Shown: in pieces, positions 27,786-37,157 of the stretch
Layout of the letters: the number at the start of each line of letters is the position of its first letter
Position numbering within the stretch: position 1 is the first letter of the stretch
NCBI GenBank assembly: GCA_029859385.1
Contig: JAOUDF010000002.1
Location: forward strand, 1-41,064
DNA length: 41,064 nt
Direction: 5' to 3'
Source: Nitrospirota bacterium
GTDB lineage: Bacteria; Nitrospirota; JAOUDF01
The notes under the pieces: model-generated
Seen by the model: only the letters and a program-made list of their open reading frames with translations
What the model was told of the DNA's origin: nothing
The model's database searches: none
Position numbers and translations under genes: made by a program

Positions 27786-28454
27786 TCAACCGTTTGAGCG
27801 ACTACGAAATCGCAGGCCAATGGCCAAAACGACCCCGCCCCCCAACAGAAGAAGTGTCGATGGCTCAGGCACTGCTGTAATGCCACCGACAAGATCAAAT
27901 GCAACCGTCCCTACATTCGGAACTTCAAAACCAATCAGGTAAAGACTGGAATCTGTTTTGGCCTGAAATGTCGCAGCCAAGTCAAATCCCCCAGGATTCA
28001 GTGAATTGAGCGTATACAGAATAAGCTCCCCGCCGGCCACATTAACCAAATCCAGATAAAACCCTATCGGGCTTGCCGAGTTCGTAAAAGTCGACTGAAT
28101 GTTAGCGGCATCAATATCAACCACGCGACCATTGGCAAAATCTATTAGCGCCTTCTGGCTTAACGGTGCTCCCTGATCATCCGAACCGAATATCGCAACC
28201 CTTGTTGTCGGGTCTGCCCCAAAAAAGAAACCAAAAGAGCTTGACCATCCCGGCAATGCACCGAATACATCAGCGACCTCCACACTGACTGCCGCGTTTC
28301 CGTGAAAGAACAATTGAGCATGATTATCATTGTAGTAAACCGATGAATTAGGATTGGCTATAATAGCCCCTGCATTTATCGGCAGCATCACGAACGTACA
28401 CAGAATCGACAAAATACTAATACGACGCCACATATTCAGGTTCTCTCTTTTCAT
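27786..28454 (-). CDS. PEP-CTERM sorting-domain secreted protein (exosortase substrate)
   Basis: C-terminus VPEPSTLLLLGGGVVLAIGLRFRSRSNG (PEP motif, TM helix, Arg-rich tail). N-terminal signal peptide. Start at ATG 28454, with GGGAGG 7 nt upstream. Confidence 0.85.
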   Translation of the reverse strand: MKRENLNMWRRISILSILCTFVMLPINAGAIIANPNSSVYYNDNHAQLFFHGNAAVSVEVADVFGALPGWSSSFGFFFGADPTTRVAIFGSDDQGAPLSQKALIDFANGRVVDIDAANIQSTFTNSASPIGFYLDLVNVAGGELILYTLNSLNPGGFDLAATFQAKTDSSLYLIGFEVPNVGTVAFDLVGGITAVPEPSTLLLLGGGVVLAIGLRFRSRSNG

Positions 28455-28610
28455 TTTCAACCTCCCTTTCATATCTAAAGAAGCAAGCTCTCCTCTTTTT
28501 TCTTTTAAATCTTTGACTATCTCAAAATATAATATAGCAATAAATATACCTTGGCATAAACATGCAGCATTTCAATGAATTACCTCTGATTCAGAAGGCC
28601 CCATCTACCT

Positions 28611-28653
28611 TTAATGTAAATTCTACCGACAGTTAATGTAAAATTCATCGACA
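28611..28653. repeat. Two about 20-bp direct repeats at 22-bp spacing upstream of the PEP-CTERM gene
   Basis: TTAATGTAAATTCTACCGAC (28611-28630) and TTAATGTAAAATTCATCGAC (28633-28652). Confidence 0.6.
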
Positions 28654-28783
28654 ACTTTGAGCTCAAAATTTCAACGTCTCCCTGAGGGCAAACTATTTTA
28701 CATTCGGACAGCTCAATTGAAAACATTTTTTATAAACGAACTGACGGGCTTCTTTCGCTTCCGCCTGAAGCTAACTGCTTGTT

Positions 28784-29614
28784 TTAGCGGAACCCTTTTC
28801 CTTGGGGATTGTTAATGTTCCACTCCTTACTTCCGTAGCGACTTTGCTCAAGAGCATAAATATCCTCTTCTTCTCTCACGCTAAGCCCACCGATCTCAAA
28901 TACAATCCCCAGCGCCTCCTCGAATCCTTTCCGCAGTGCCTCGACCGTCTCGTGCCATGTGACAGGCGCCCCCTTGACCGAGCCGATGGCGGTCATCTTT
29001 TCAGCAAGCCGTCGTTCCATTGACTCGCCGTTTTTCAGCACCCCGCACTGCTCCCTGATGTCTAATCCCAGCAAAAGTGAACCGTGCTGAAGAAAGGAGT
29101 TGGCGAGGCGCCGCTGGGCGCTGCCTGCCAGCTTTTTTCCGTCAACGATCAGTTCGTACCACGAGGGTGCGGAGAAGCAGGCGGCTGAGCGTACACCATC
29201 TCGGGCGGCCCCTTTCTCACGGCACGATACCATTTCGGCCTTTACGCCCAAGTGATGCAATCCGGCGAGGAGCCCCCGGGCGATGACATGATAGGTACCG
29301 CTTATGTCCTTGGGAAAAAGGGGGTGATCGGTAGGGGCGACTACACTATAGGTAAGTTCATCGGCATGGAGCACGGCTCGGCCTCCGGTCAAGCGGCGGA
29401 CCACGGGCCACCCTTTGCGGCGACAGTAATCGACGTCGACCTCCCTGGCCACATCCTGAAAATAGCCGACCGATACGGCGGGCGGCGACCAGCCGTAGAA
29501 CCTGAGAGTAGGCGGCGCATCGCCCCGCTCACAGGCACGCAAGATGGCCTCGTCCACGGCCATGTTCCAGGCAGCGTCGCCCGGCTCGTCGATGATAAGC
29601 CGCCACTGGTTCAA
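28784..29614 (-). CDS. Lipoate-protein ligase / octanoyltransferase family protein (LplA/LipM-like catalytic domain)
   Basis: WRLIIDEPGDAAWNMAVDEAILRA...PTLRFYGWSPPAVSVGYFQ is typical of the BPL_LplA_LipB fold. 276 aa. Confidence 0.75.
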   Translation of the reverse strand: MNQWRLIIDEPGDAAWNMAVDEAILRACERGDAPPTLRFYGWSPPAVSVGYFQDVAREVDVDYCRRKGWPVVRRLTGGRAVLHADELTYSVVAPTDHPLFPKDISGTYHVIARGLLAGLHHLGVKAEMVSCREKGAARDGVRSAACFSAPSWYELIVDGKKLAGSAQRRLANSFLQHGSLLLGLDIREQCGVLKNGESMERRLAEKMTAIGSVKGAPVTWHETVEALRKGFEEALGIVFEIGGLSVREEEDIYALEQSRYGSKEWNINNPQGKGFR

Positions 29615-30159
29615 TGGTGCCCCAGCCTTTTCTTTTCGAGCCGCCTCTGCCGGGCATGGCGATAGGCGATGATGGTCTCGAGGGTGAGGTAGTAGGAGAC
29701 GGCGCCCCCGACGACAGAGAGGATGAAGTTGCCGAGCAGGTAGGGAACCAGCACCCCCTTTGCCAACAACTGAAGCGTTGCCCTTACGGTCTCATCCATG
29801 CGAAAGATGGAACCATCTCCGAACATTGTCCCGTTGAGACTCTTAAAGGCGTCCATGGCCTCGTGCCAGCTCATGCCGAGGATCATGGCGCCGAGCACGT
29901 AGCTGGCGGCCCAGAAAAAGAGGCTGGTGTACGGGTTCATGATGAGTGAACCGATGACCGCGGCAGGCTTGTTCATCTTAAAGAGCCACGAGAAGAGGAG
30001 CGCAAGAAGCAGTCCGAGGCCGAAGGTAGGGAATATGCCGAGGAATACACCAAGGGCGACGCCCCGGGCGATGTTTTTGGGCGTATCGTTGATCCGTTTG
30101 AGCTTGAGGTGATTGAGTCGTATCCAGCGGCGAATCCCGCTCTTGTATTTCTTCGTCAC
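29611..30159 (-). CDS. DUF2062-family membrane protein
   Basis: DTPKNIARGVALGVFLGIFPTFGLG...NPYT pattern. 4-nt overlap with the downstream gene (29611-29614). Confidence 0.7.
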   Translation of the reverse strand: MTKKYKSGIRRWIRLNHLKLKRINDTPKNIARGVALGVFLGIFPTFGLGLLLALLFSWLFKMNKPAAVIGSLIMNPYTSLFFWAASYVLGAMILGMSWHEAMDAFKSLNGTMFGDGSIFRMDETVRATLQLLAKGVLVPYLLGNFILSVVGGAVSYYLTLETIIAYRHARQRRLEKKRLGHH

Positions 30160-30166
30160 AATGTCC

Positions 30167-30751
30167 CTATTTACCGAGCAATCCCATCACACCATTTCGT
30201 ATCATACTTACGGCAAAGGCTGCAAGAAGAACACTGATAACCTTGGCGACGGCTCTTGAGCCACCCACTCCGATGAGCTTGATGATGCGGTCGGCCTGGG
30301 TAAATATGGCCCACGCAATGGCGACGTTGAGGAATAGAGCGCCAAGCACCATCGTAAGCCCATGGGTCCCGGCTAGCATGAGGGTGATGGTGAGGGTGGC
30401 GGGACCGGCAATGATGGGGATACCTAGCGGCACCACACCAACGAGATCGGCGTCGGTGTATGCGGTCTTTTCCCCCTGCTGGACCAGGTTGCTGATGGCC
30501 AGCACCAGGAGCAAAATACCACCGGCAATGCTGAAGTCCTCGACCCGAATCCCGAGAAAACGGAAGACGGCCTGCCCGACGAAGATGAACAGGACCGATA
30601 TGGTAAGGGCGGTAATGAGCGAGTGGTTGAGCACCCGCTTTCGCTCCGCCTCTTTCATTCCCTCGGTAAGGGAGAAGTATATCGCCACGATGCCGGGGGC
30701 GTCCATGGCGACGAAGATCGGGATAAATACTTCGAGAAACTCTGAGAACAT
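30167..30751 (-). CDS. MarC-family (UPF0056) integral membrane protein
   Basis: 194 aa with six hydrophobic segments. FIPIFVAMDAPGIVAIYFSLT ... FSIAGGILLLVLAI ... VVPLGIPIIAGPATLT matches the MarC pattern. Confidence 0.75.
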   Translation of the reverse strand: MFSEFLEVFIPIFVAMDAPGIVAIYFSLTEGMKEAERKRVLNHSLITALTISVLFIFVGQAVFRFLGIRVEDFSIAGGILLLVLAISNLVQQGEKTAYTDADLVGVVPLGIPIIAGPATLTITLMLAGTHGLTMVLGALFLNVAIAWAIFTQADRIIKLIGVGGSRAVAKVISVLLAAFAVSMIRNGVMGLLGK

Positions 30752-30760
30752 GCGCTCGCC

Positions 30761-31510
30761 CTACTTTTTCTCCATAAATGCCTTCATAAAATCTATCGGC
30801 ACGGGGAAAAGAGTTGTCGAGTTGTTCTCTGTAGCGATCTCTGCCAGGGTCTGCAGGTAGCGCAACTGCAGGGCCGTCGGCTCGGTGGCGATGAGTTTGG
30901 CGGCCTGAGTGAGTTTCTCCGCAGCCTGGAACTCTGCATCCGCATGGATGATCTTGGCGCGGCGTTCCCGCTCCGCCTCGGCCTGCTTGGCCATGGCGCG
31001 CTGCATCTCGATGGGAAGGTCCACATGTTTCACTTCGACCACGCTGACCTTTACTCCCCACGGCTCGGTCTGCTTGTCGATGATTTTCTGTAATTCGGCA
31101 TTCATCTCTTCGCGCTTGGACAGCAGATCGTCCATTTCGCCCTGGCCCAGTATGCTCCGCAGGGTAGTCTGGGCGATCTGGGAGGTAGCGTAGTAGAAAT
31201 CCTCAACCTCGATGATGGCCTTCTGCGGGTCGAGGGCCCTGAAATAGACCACGGCGCTGACCTTTACCGAGACGTTGTCTTTTGTGATGACATCCTGCGG
31301 CGGCACGTCCATGGTGACGGTCCTAAGCGACACCTTGGCCATCTTCTCGATAATCGGGATAAGGATGATAAGGCCGGGCCCCCGCACTCCCACGAACTTC
31401 CCAAGTCTGAAAATAACGCCCCGCTCGTATTCATTGAGCACCTTGAGCGACGAGGCCAGCAAGTAGATTACCAATACCGCAAACACTATCCATCCGGGAC
31501 TGAAATTCAT
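30761..31510 (-). CDS. SPFH/band-7 stomatin-like protein (slipin)
   Basis: N-terminal TM segment, then [16 protein letters not shown]...[12 protein letters not shown]...[16 protein letters not shown] and a coiled-coil [12 protein letters not shown]. Confidence 0.9.
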   Translation of the reverse strand: MNFSPGWIVFAVLVIYLLASSLKVLNEYERGVIFRLGKFVGVRGPGLIILIPIIEKMAKVSLRTVTMDVPPQDVITKDNVSVKVSAVVYFRALDPQKAIIEVEDFYYATSQIAQTTLRSILGQGEMDDLLSKREEMNAELQKIIDKQTEPWGVKVSVVEVKHVDLPIEMQRAMAKQAEAERERRAKIIHADAEFQAAEKLTQAAKLIATEPTALQLRYLQTLAEIATENNSTTLFPVPIDFMKAFMEKK

Positions 31511-32811
31511 GACTCCTCCTTAACCCTTAATTTTTTTACCTTCAGATGCAGCCCCTCGATGCCGGTAATTTCAACAGAGTCGCCGGCATGAACCTCGCCC
31601 GTATCCGCTTCAGCCTGCCATATCTCGCCGTGGACAAACACCTGTCCCGACGGGGCCAGGTCGGTCTGCGCAACCCCGTGCTCGCCGATCATCCCTTCTT
31701 TGCCCGAAACCGGCTTTCTCGTCTGGCCCTTCACCGCAAGGAACACAAGGGTGCCAAAAAACAACAGTGTACCGATGAGCGATGGAAGAAGTACCTGCCA
31801 TGAAATCCGCAGCCACGGTTCGGGCGATTCAAAGAGCATGAGCGAGCCCATGGTAATGGCGATAACTCCGCCGATGGCAAGCAGACCATAACTTATTACC
31901 ATTATTTCCGCGATAAAAAAGATGACGCCGAGGATAATCAGTGCCACTCCTGCGTAGTTGACCGGTAACGTCTGGAAGGCAAAGAAGGCCAGCAGCAGAC
32001 AGATGCCCCCCACCACGCCGGGAAATATAAGGCCGGGGTTCGATAGTTCGAAGAAGATGCCGTAGATGCCTATCATCATCAGGATGTAGGCGATGTTGGG
32101 GTCGCTGATGCGGTCGAGGATCTTCTGCCTGAGCCCCATGGGGCGCTCGGCGATGTCAGCTCCCTTCGTATGAAGCGTGACCTTGCCCGACAGCACCTCG
32201 ACCTCGCGGCCATCTATCTTCTCCAGCAGCTCATTACGCGTTTCGGCGACAAGGTCGACAACGCCGAGCTTAACCGCTTCGTCGGCGGTGATAGAGACGC
32301 TCTTGCGCACCGCATCCTCCGCCCACTGCACATTCCTGCCCCGCTTTGCCGCAATTGACCTGACATAGGCCACTGAATCGTTGGTCACCTTCGCGGACAT
32401 CGTCTCGTCCATCTCCTTGCCCATGCTCACCGGATGGGCAGCTCCCATATTGGTCCCGGGCGACATTGCCGCCACATGAGAGGCATAGAGGATAAAGACA
32501 CCGGCTGAGGCGGCCCGGGCTCCGGTAGGGTGAACATAGACGACAACGGGGATTTCAGCAGACAGGATGCGCTTGACGATGGTCCGCATCGAGGGGTCGA
32601 GGCCGCCAGGGGTATCCAACTCGATGACCAGAGCCTCGGCCTTTTCTTCTGCCGCACTATCGACGGCCTTTACCAGATACTCGGCTACGGCGGGATTGAT
32701 TACACCGTCCACCTGAGCCCAGTGCACGCTTTTTCTGTCTTGAGCCAAAGAGAGGCAGGCGAGAAGAAGCCCCGCCAGAACAAGGAGGGTAAAAAACAGC
32801 AGTCGCCTCAT
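31507..32811 (-). CDS. NfeD-family membrane-bound ClpP-class serine protease (STOPP)
   Basis: Signal peptide, ClpP-like domain (IELDTPGGL...[15 protein letters not shown]), four TM helices and a C-terminal OB-fold (GEIWQAEA...). ATGA overlap with the slipin gene (31507-31510). Confidence 0.88.
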   Translation of the reverse strand: MRRLLFFTLLVLAGLLLACLSLAQDRKSVHWAQVDGVINPAVAEYLVKAVDSAAEEKAEALVIELDTPGGLDPSMRTIVKRILSAEIPVVVYVHPTGARAASAGVFILYASHVAAMSPGTNMGAAHPVSMGKEMDETMSAKVTNDSVAYVRSIAAKRGRNVQWAEDAVRKSVSITADEAVKLGVVDLVAETRNELLEKIDGREVEVLSGKVTLHTKGADIAERPMGLRQKILDRISDPNIAYILMMIGIYGIFFELSNPGLIFPGVVGGICLLLAFFAFQTLPVNYAGVALIILGVIFFIAEIMVISYGLLAIGGVIAITMGSLMLFESPEPWLRISWQVLLPSLIGTLLFFGTLVFLAVKGQTRKPVSGKEGMIGEHGVAQTDLAPSGQVFVHGEIWQAEADTGEVHAGDSVEITGIEGLHLKVKKLRVKEES

Positions 32812-32841
32812 GAAATTCCTTTATTATAGGGACTTTACAAG

Positions 32842-32870
32842 AGTATACGACCACTAAGGGAGTGTGTCAA
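32842..32870 (-). promoter_or_regulatory. Near-consensus sigma70 promoter for the nfeD operon
   Basis: The minus strand reads TTGACA-CACTCCCTTAGTGGTCG(17)-TATACT. It is followed by AAGGAA and the nfeD ATG. Confidence 0.55.
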
Positions 32871-32901
32871 GGAAGGCAACGCGTCTGGTGGGGAAGATAC
32901 G

Positions 32902-33222
32902 CTAGTCCTTAAGCCCTTTTCTCTTGAAGCTGACCATGGAACCGTCGGCGGGGTCGATCTTCACCGTAATGACCTCCCCTTTGTCGGTACGGATCCTGAT
33001 CTCATAAAGGCCGTGTTCATTTTCAGCCTTTACTACCGTGCCGGGATACGCCTCGAGGGCCAACTTTATAGCCTGTTCGAGGCTGGCAACCACCCTGTCG
33101 CTGCTCTGCGTAGCAGCGCTCTTTGTTGCATTTGCCACTTTGACGTTTGCCGCATATGCCGAGAACCCTCCCAGCAACGCCAAAACCATTATTACGGCGA
33201 TCAGTCTTCTTTTCACGAACAT
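32902..33222 (-). CDS. PepSY-domain secreted protein
   Basis: Signal peptide MFVKRRLIAVIMVLALLGGFSAYA. PepSY-like LEQAIKLALEAYPGTVVKAENEHGLYEIRIRTDKGEVITVKIDPADG. Start taken at M18. Confidence 0.75.
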   Translation of the reverse strand: MFVKRRLIAVIMVLALLGGFSAYAANVKVANATKSAATQSSDRVVASLEQAIKLALEAYPGTVVKAENEHGLYEIRIRTDKGEVITVKIDPADGSMVSFKRKGLKD

Positions 33223-33340
33223 ACCTCCTGACTCATTCAATGCCTGATAATAGCAGATTTTCATTCCTGCCAAGTACTGATAACTTATACGGCACCGATG
33301 ATTAAGGAAGGGTTAAAAGTGATTTAATCCACGTAACGAG

Positions 33341-33376
33341 GAAGAAAAAGAAAAGGGCCTGCCTTTCGGCAGACCC
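33341..33376 (-). terminator. Rho-independent terminator downstream of tRNA-fMet
   Basis: The minus strand reads GGGUCUGCC-GAAA-GGCAGGCCC followed by UUUUCUUUUUCUUC. Confidence 0.8.
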
Positions 33377-33385
33377 TCTGTCTGT

Positions 33386-33463
<78 letters not shown>

Positions 33464-33475
33464 TCAAGGAAGGCC

Positions 33476-33504
33476 ACTATACGCCTCTTGCGGCGCAGTG
33501 TCAA
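33476..33504 (-). promoter_or_regulatory. Near-consensus sigma70 promoter for tRNA-fMet, starting 3 nt after the groEL stop codon
   Basis: The minus strand reads TAA-GGC-TTGACA-CTGCGCCGCAAGAGGCG(17)-TATAGT, then 12 nt to tRNA position 1. Confidence 0.6.
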
Positions 33505-33507
33505 GCC

Positions 33508-35145
<1,638 letters not shown>

Positions 35146-35164
35146 CTACCTCCTTTAAAATGTT

Positions 35165-35425
35165 TTAGGCAACAACCGCGAGGATATCTTCTTCCTTGAT
35201 GATCAGGTATTCCTTGTCATCGGACTTGAGCTTCGACCCGGAATACTTGTCAAAGAGGATGGTGTCTCCCGTCTTGACTTCCTTGACTTCACCCCCTACA
35301 GCGACAACCTTGGCGCGCTGGGGCTTCTCTTTTGCCGCATCGGGAATGATAATCCCGCCTGCGGTCTTTTCTGCTTCTTCAACAAACTCGGCAAATACTC
35401 TTTCTTTCAAAGGCTTCAGGTTCAT
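35165..35425 (-). CDS. groS: Co-chaperonin GroES (Cpn10), short 86-aa form
   Basis: [10 protein letters not shown]...[17 protein letters not shown]...ILFDKYSG...[13 protein letters not shown]. Lies 22 nt upstream of groEL. Confidence 0.95.
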   Translation of the reverse strand: MNLKPLKERVFAEFVEEAEKTAGGIIIPDAAKEKPQRAKVVAVGGEVKEVKTGDTILFDKYSGSKLKSDDKEYLIIKEEDILAVVA

Positions 35426-35539
35426 CTGTACACTCCTTTAAAATGGTTTGACTGCAACGTTTAAGATCAGGCTACTATGCTGCGTGCGGCAACCTCACCT
35501 CCTTATGACACGATCCTTAAACATACCCTTACAAACGGT

Positions 35540-35586
35540 ATTCCCGCTGTTAGCACTCGATACACGGGAGTGCTAACAGCGGGAAT
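35540..35586. promoter_or_regulatory. CIRCE operator (HrcA binding site), extended to 19-bp perfect arms
   Basis: TTAGCACTC (35550-35558), N9, GAGTGCTAA (35568-35576). The full perfect inverted repeat is ATTCCCGCTGTTAGCACTC / GAGTGCTAACAGCGGGAAT. Confidence 0.9.
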
Positions 35587-35614
35587 ACTACACTTACCGC
35601 CCCTCAAAAATCAA
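35585..35614 (-). promoter_or_regulatory. Candidate sigma70 promoter of groES-groEL, abutting CIRCE
   Basis: The minus strand reads TTGATT (35614-35609), 18 nt, TAGTAT (35590-35585). The -10 element overlaps the CIRCE arm. Confidence 0.5.
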
Positions 35615-35630
35615 GATTTTTTTCATAAAC

Positions 35631-35664
35631 AAAAAGCCCGGCAAAAGGCCGGGCTTTTTGTTTT
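35631..35664 (-). terminator. Bidirectional intrinsic terminator after the ctpA-like gene
   Basis: AAAAA-GCCCGGC-AAAAG-GCCGGGC-TTTTTGTTTT. Confidence 0.8.
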
Positions 35665-35696
35665 GCGTGTAATTTGAGCCGCCGGAAGTTCCGTGG

Positions 35697-37073
35697 CTAC
35701 CCCTTTCTTTCAAGGGGAGCGGTATTCTTGAAAACCTTCCACGTCTTTATGAGGTCAATGGCCTTCTGGAGCTGGATATCATCTTCAGGCTTCTTCTCGG
35801 CTGTCGTGTCGTCACCTTCCTTCTCCTTGCCCTTGGAAGGCTTGGAGGTTGACGGTTGCTCGGAAGAGTCGTCCTCTTCCTTGACCGTATCGTTGGGAAG
35901 GTGGCGCTTCAGGTCCTTCTCGCGAAGCGTCTTATGGGGCGACACCCCCTCTGCCTTTGCAACAGTTTCGGTGACGGGAACTTTCACCACTATGTCAGGC
36001 GCAATCCCCGTATTCTGGATGGAGCGTCCCTTCGGCGTATAGTATTTCGCCGTTGTCAGCCGGAGCCCTGAACCGTCGGAGAGCGGGATTACGGTCTGCA
36101 CGGACCCTTTGCCGAAAGTCTGGGTCCCTACCACAAGCCCCCTGCCCCAGTCCTGAAGCGCCCCTGCAACAATCTCCGAAGCGCTGGCACTTCCCTCGTT
36201 CACCAGAACGACTATCGGGTAGGCAGGATGAGGGGTGCCGTTCTTCGCAAAGAACTCGTCCTTGGCCTGATCCCGCCCTTTGATGTAAACCACGAGATCC
36301 CCCTGTTTGAGGAACTTGTCGCACACATCGACCGCCACGTTGAGCAGGCCGCCGGGGTTGTTGCGCATATCGAGGATCAGCGCTTCTATCTTTTCTTCAT
36401 CCAGCTTCTGAAGCGCCTTTTCCATGTCGATCGCCGTCTGTTCCTGGAACTGCGTCAGACGCACATAACCGATCTTGTCTTCCAGCACCTTCGATTTTAC
36501 GCTCTTGATCTTGATGATGTCCCTGACAATCTTGACGTCAAAGGGTTCGGACACAGCCTCTCTGCCGATGGTGAGCGTCACGGGGGTCCCTTTCTGCCCC
36601 CTCATCTTCCCGACGGCGTCGGAGAGCGTCATATCTTTTGTGGTTTCTCCATCAATCTTCAGAATTTTGTCGCCCGCCTTTATCCCGGCCTTTTCAGCGG
36701 GTGTTTCCTCTATGGGAGAGATGACCGTCAGCAGGTTGTCCTTCATACCGATCTGGATGCCAAGTCCTCCGAACTCTCCCTTGGTATCCACCTGCATCTC
36801 CTTGTAAACTTCCGGTGTCATGAAGGATGAATGCGGATCAAGGTTGCCAAGCATCCCCTTGATGGCACTGTAGGTGAGGTCCTTGGTCTTGGTGTCCTCT
36901 ACATAGTTTCGCTGGATGAGCGAGAGCACCTCGGCGAAGACCTTCAGGTGTTCGTAAGCTTCCCCTTCCACCAGAGTCTTCTCAGCCGTAACTCTTCCGA
37001 CGAAGCTGCCGACCGCGGACAGGAACACCACGACCAGCACAATCATGACTTTGCCTTTAAACCCCTTTGGCAT
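35697..37073 (-). CDS. Carboxy-terminal processing protease (peptidase S41A, PDZ domain)
   Basis: PDZ segment (AEKAGIKAGDKILKIDGE). S41 motifs NNPGGLL and LVNEGSASASEIVAGALQD. Acidic/Lys-rich C-terminal tail. Confidence 0.9.
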   Translation of the reverse strand: MPKGFKGKVMIVLVVVFLSAVGSFVGRVTAEKTLVEGEAYEHLKVFAEVLSLIQRNYVEDTKTKDLTYSAIKGMLGNLDPHSSFMTPEVYKEMQVDTKGEFGGLGIQIGMKDNLLTVISPIEETPAEKAGIKAGDKILKIDGETTKDMTLSDAVGKMRGQKGTPVTLTIGREAVSEPFDVKIVRDIIKIKSVKSKVLEDKIGYVRLTQFQEQTAIDMEKALQKLDEEKIEALILDMRNNPGGLLNVAVDVCDKFLKQGDLVVYIKGRDQAKDEFFAKNGTPHPAYPIVVLVNEGSASASEIVAGALQDWGRGLVVGTQTFGKGSVQTVIPLSDGSGLRLTTAKYYTPKGRSIQNTGIAPDIVVKVPVTETVAKAEGVSPHKTLREKDLKRHLPNDTVKEEDDSSEQPSTSKPSKGKEKEGDDTTAEKKPEDDIQLQKAIDLIKTWKVFKNTAPLERKG

Positions 37074-37157
37074 TCAAACCTCCTGAAACATTGTGCTATT
37101 TAAAGCCTGTTATTACCGCAAGTATAGTCGATCCGGCCCGGATTGCCAAATTTATTT

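Noticed and set aside
28549-28565. Plus-strand TTGGCATAAACATGCA resembling a sigma54 promoter
   Set aside because: GG and GC are separated by 9 nt, not 10. The element also points toward the 3-prime end of a minus-strand gene, with no plus-strand target.
30171-31061. 296-aa Arg/Gly/Pro/His-rich minus-strand ORF spanning the marC and slipin genes
   Set aside because: It is out of frame with two well-supported genes and crosses their intergenic gap. Its composition is typical of an off-frame translation of GC-rich coding DNA.
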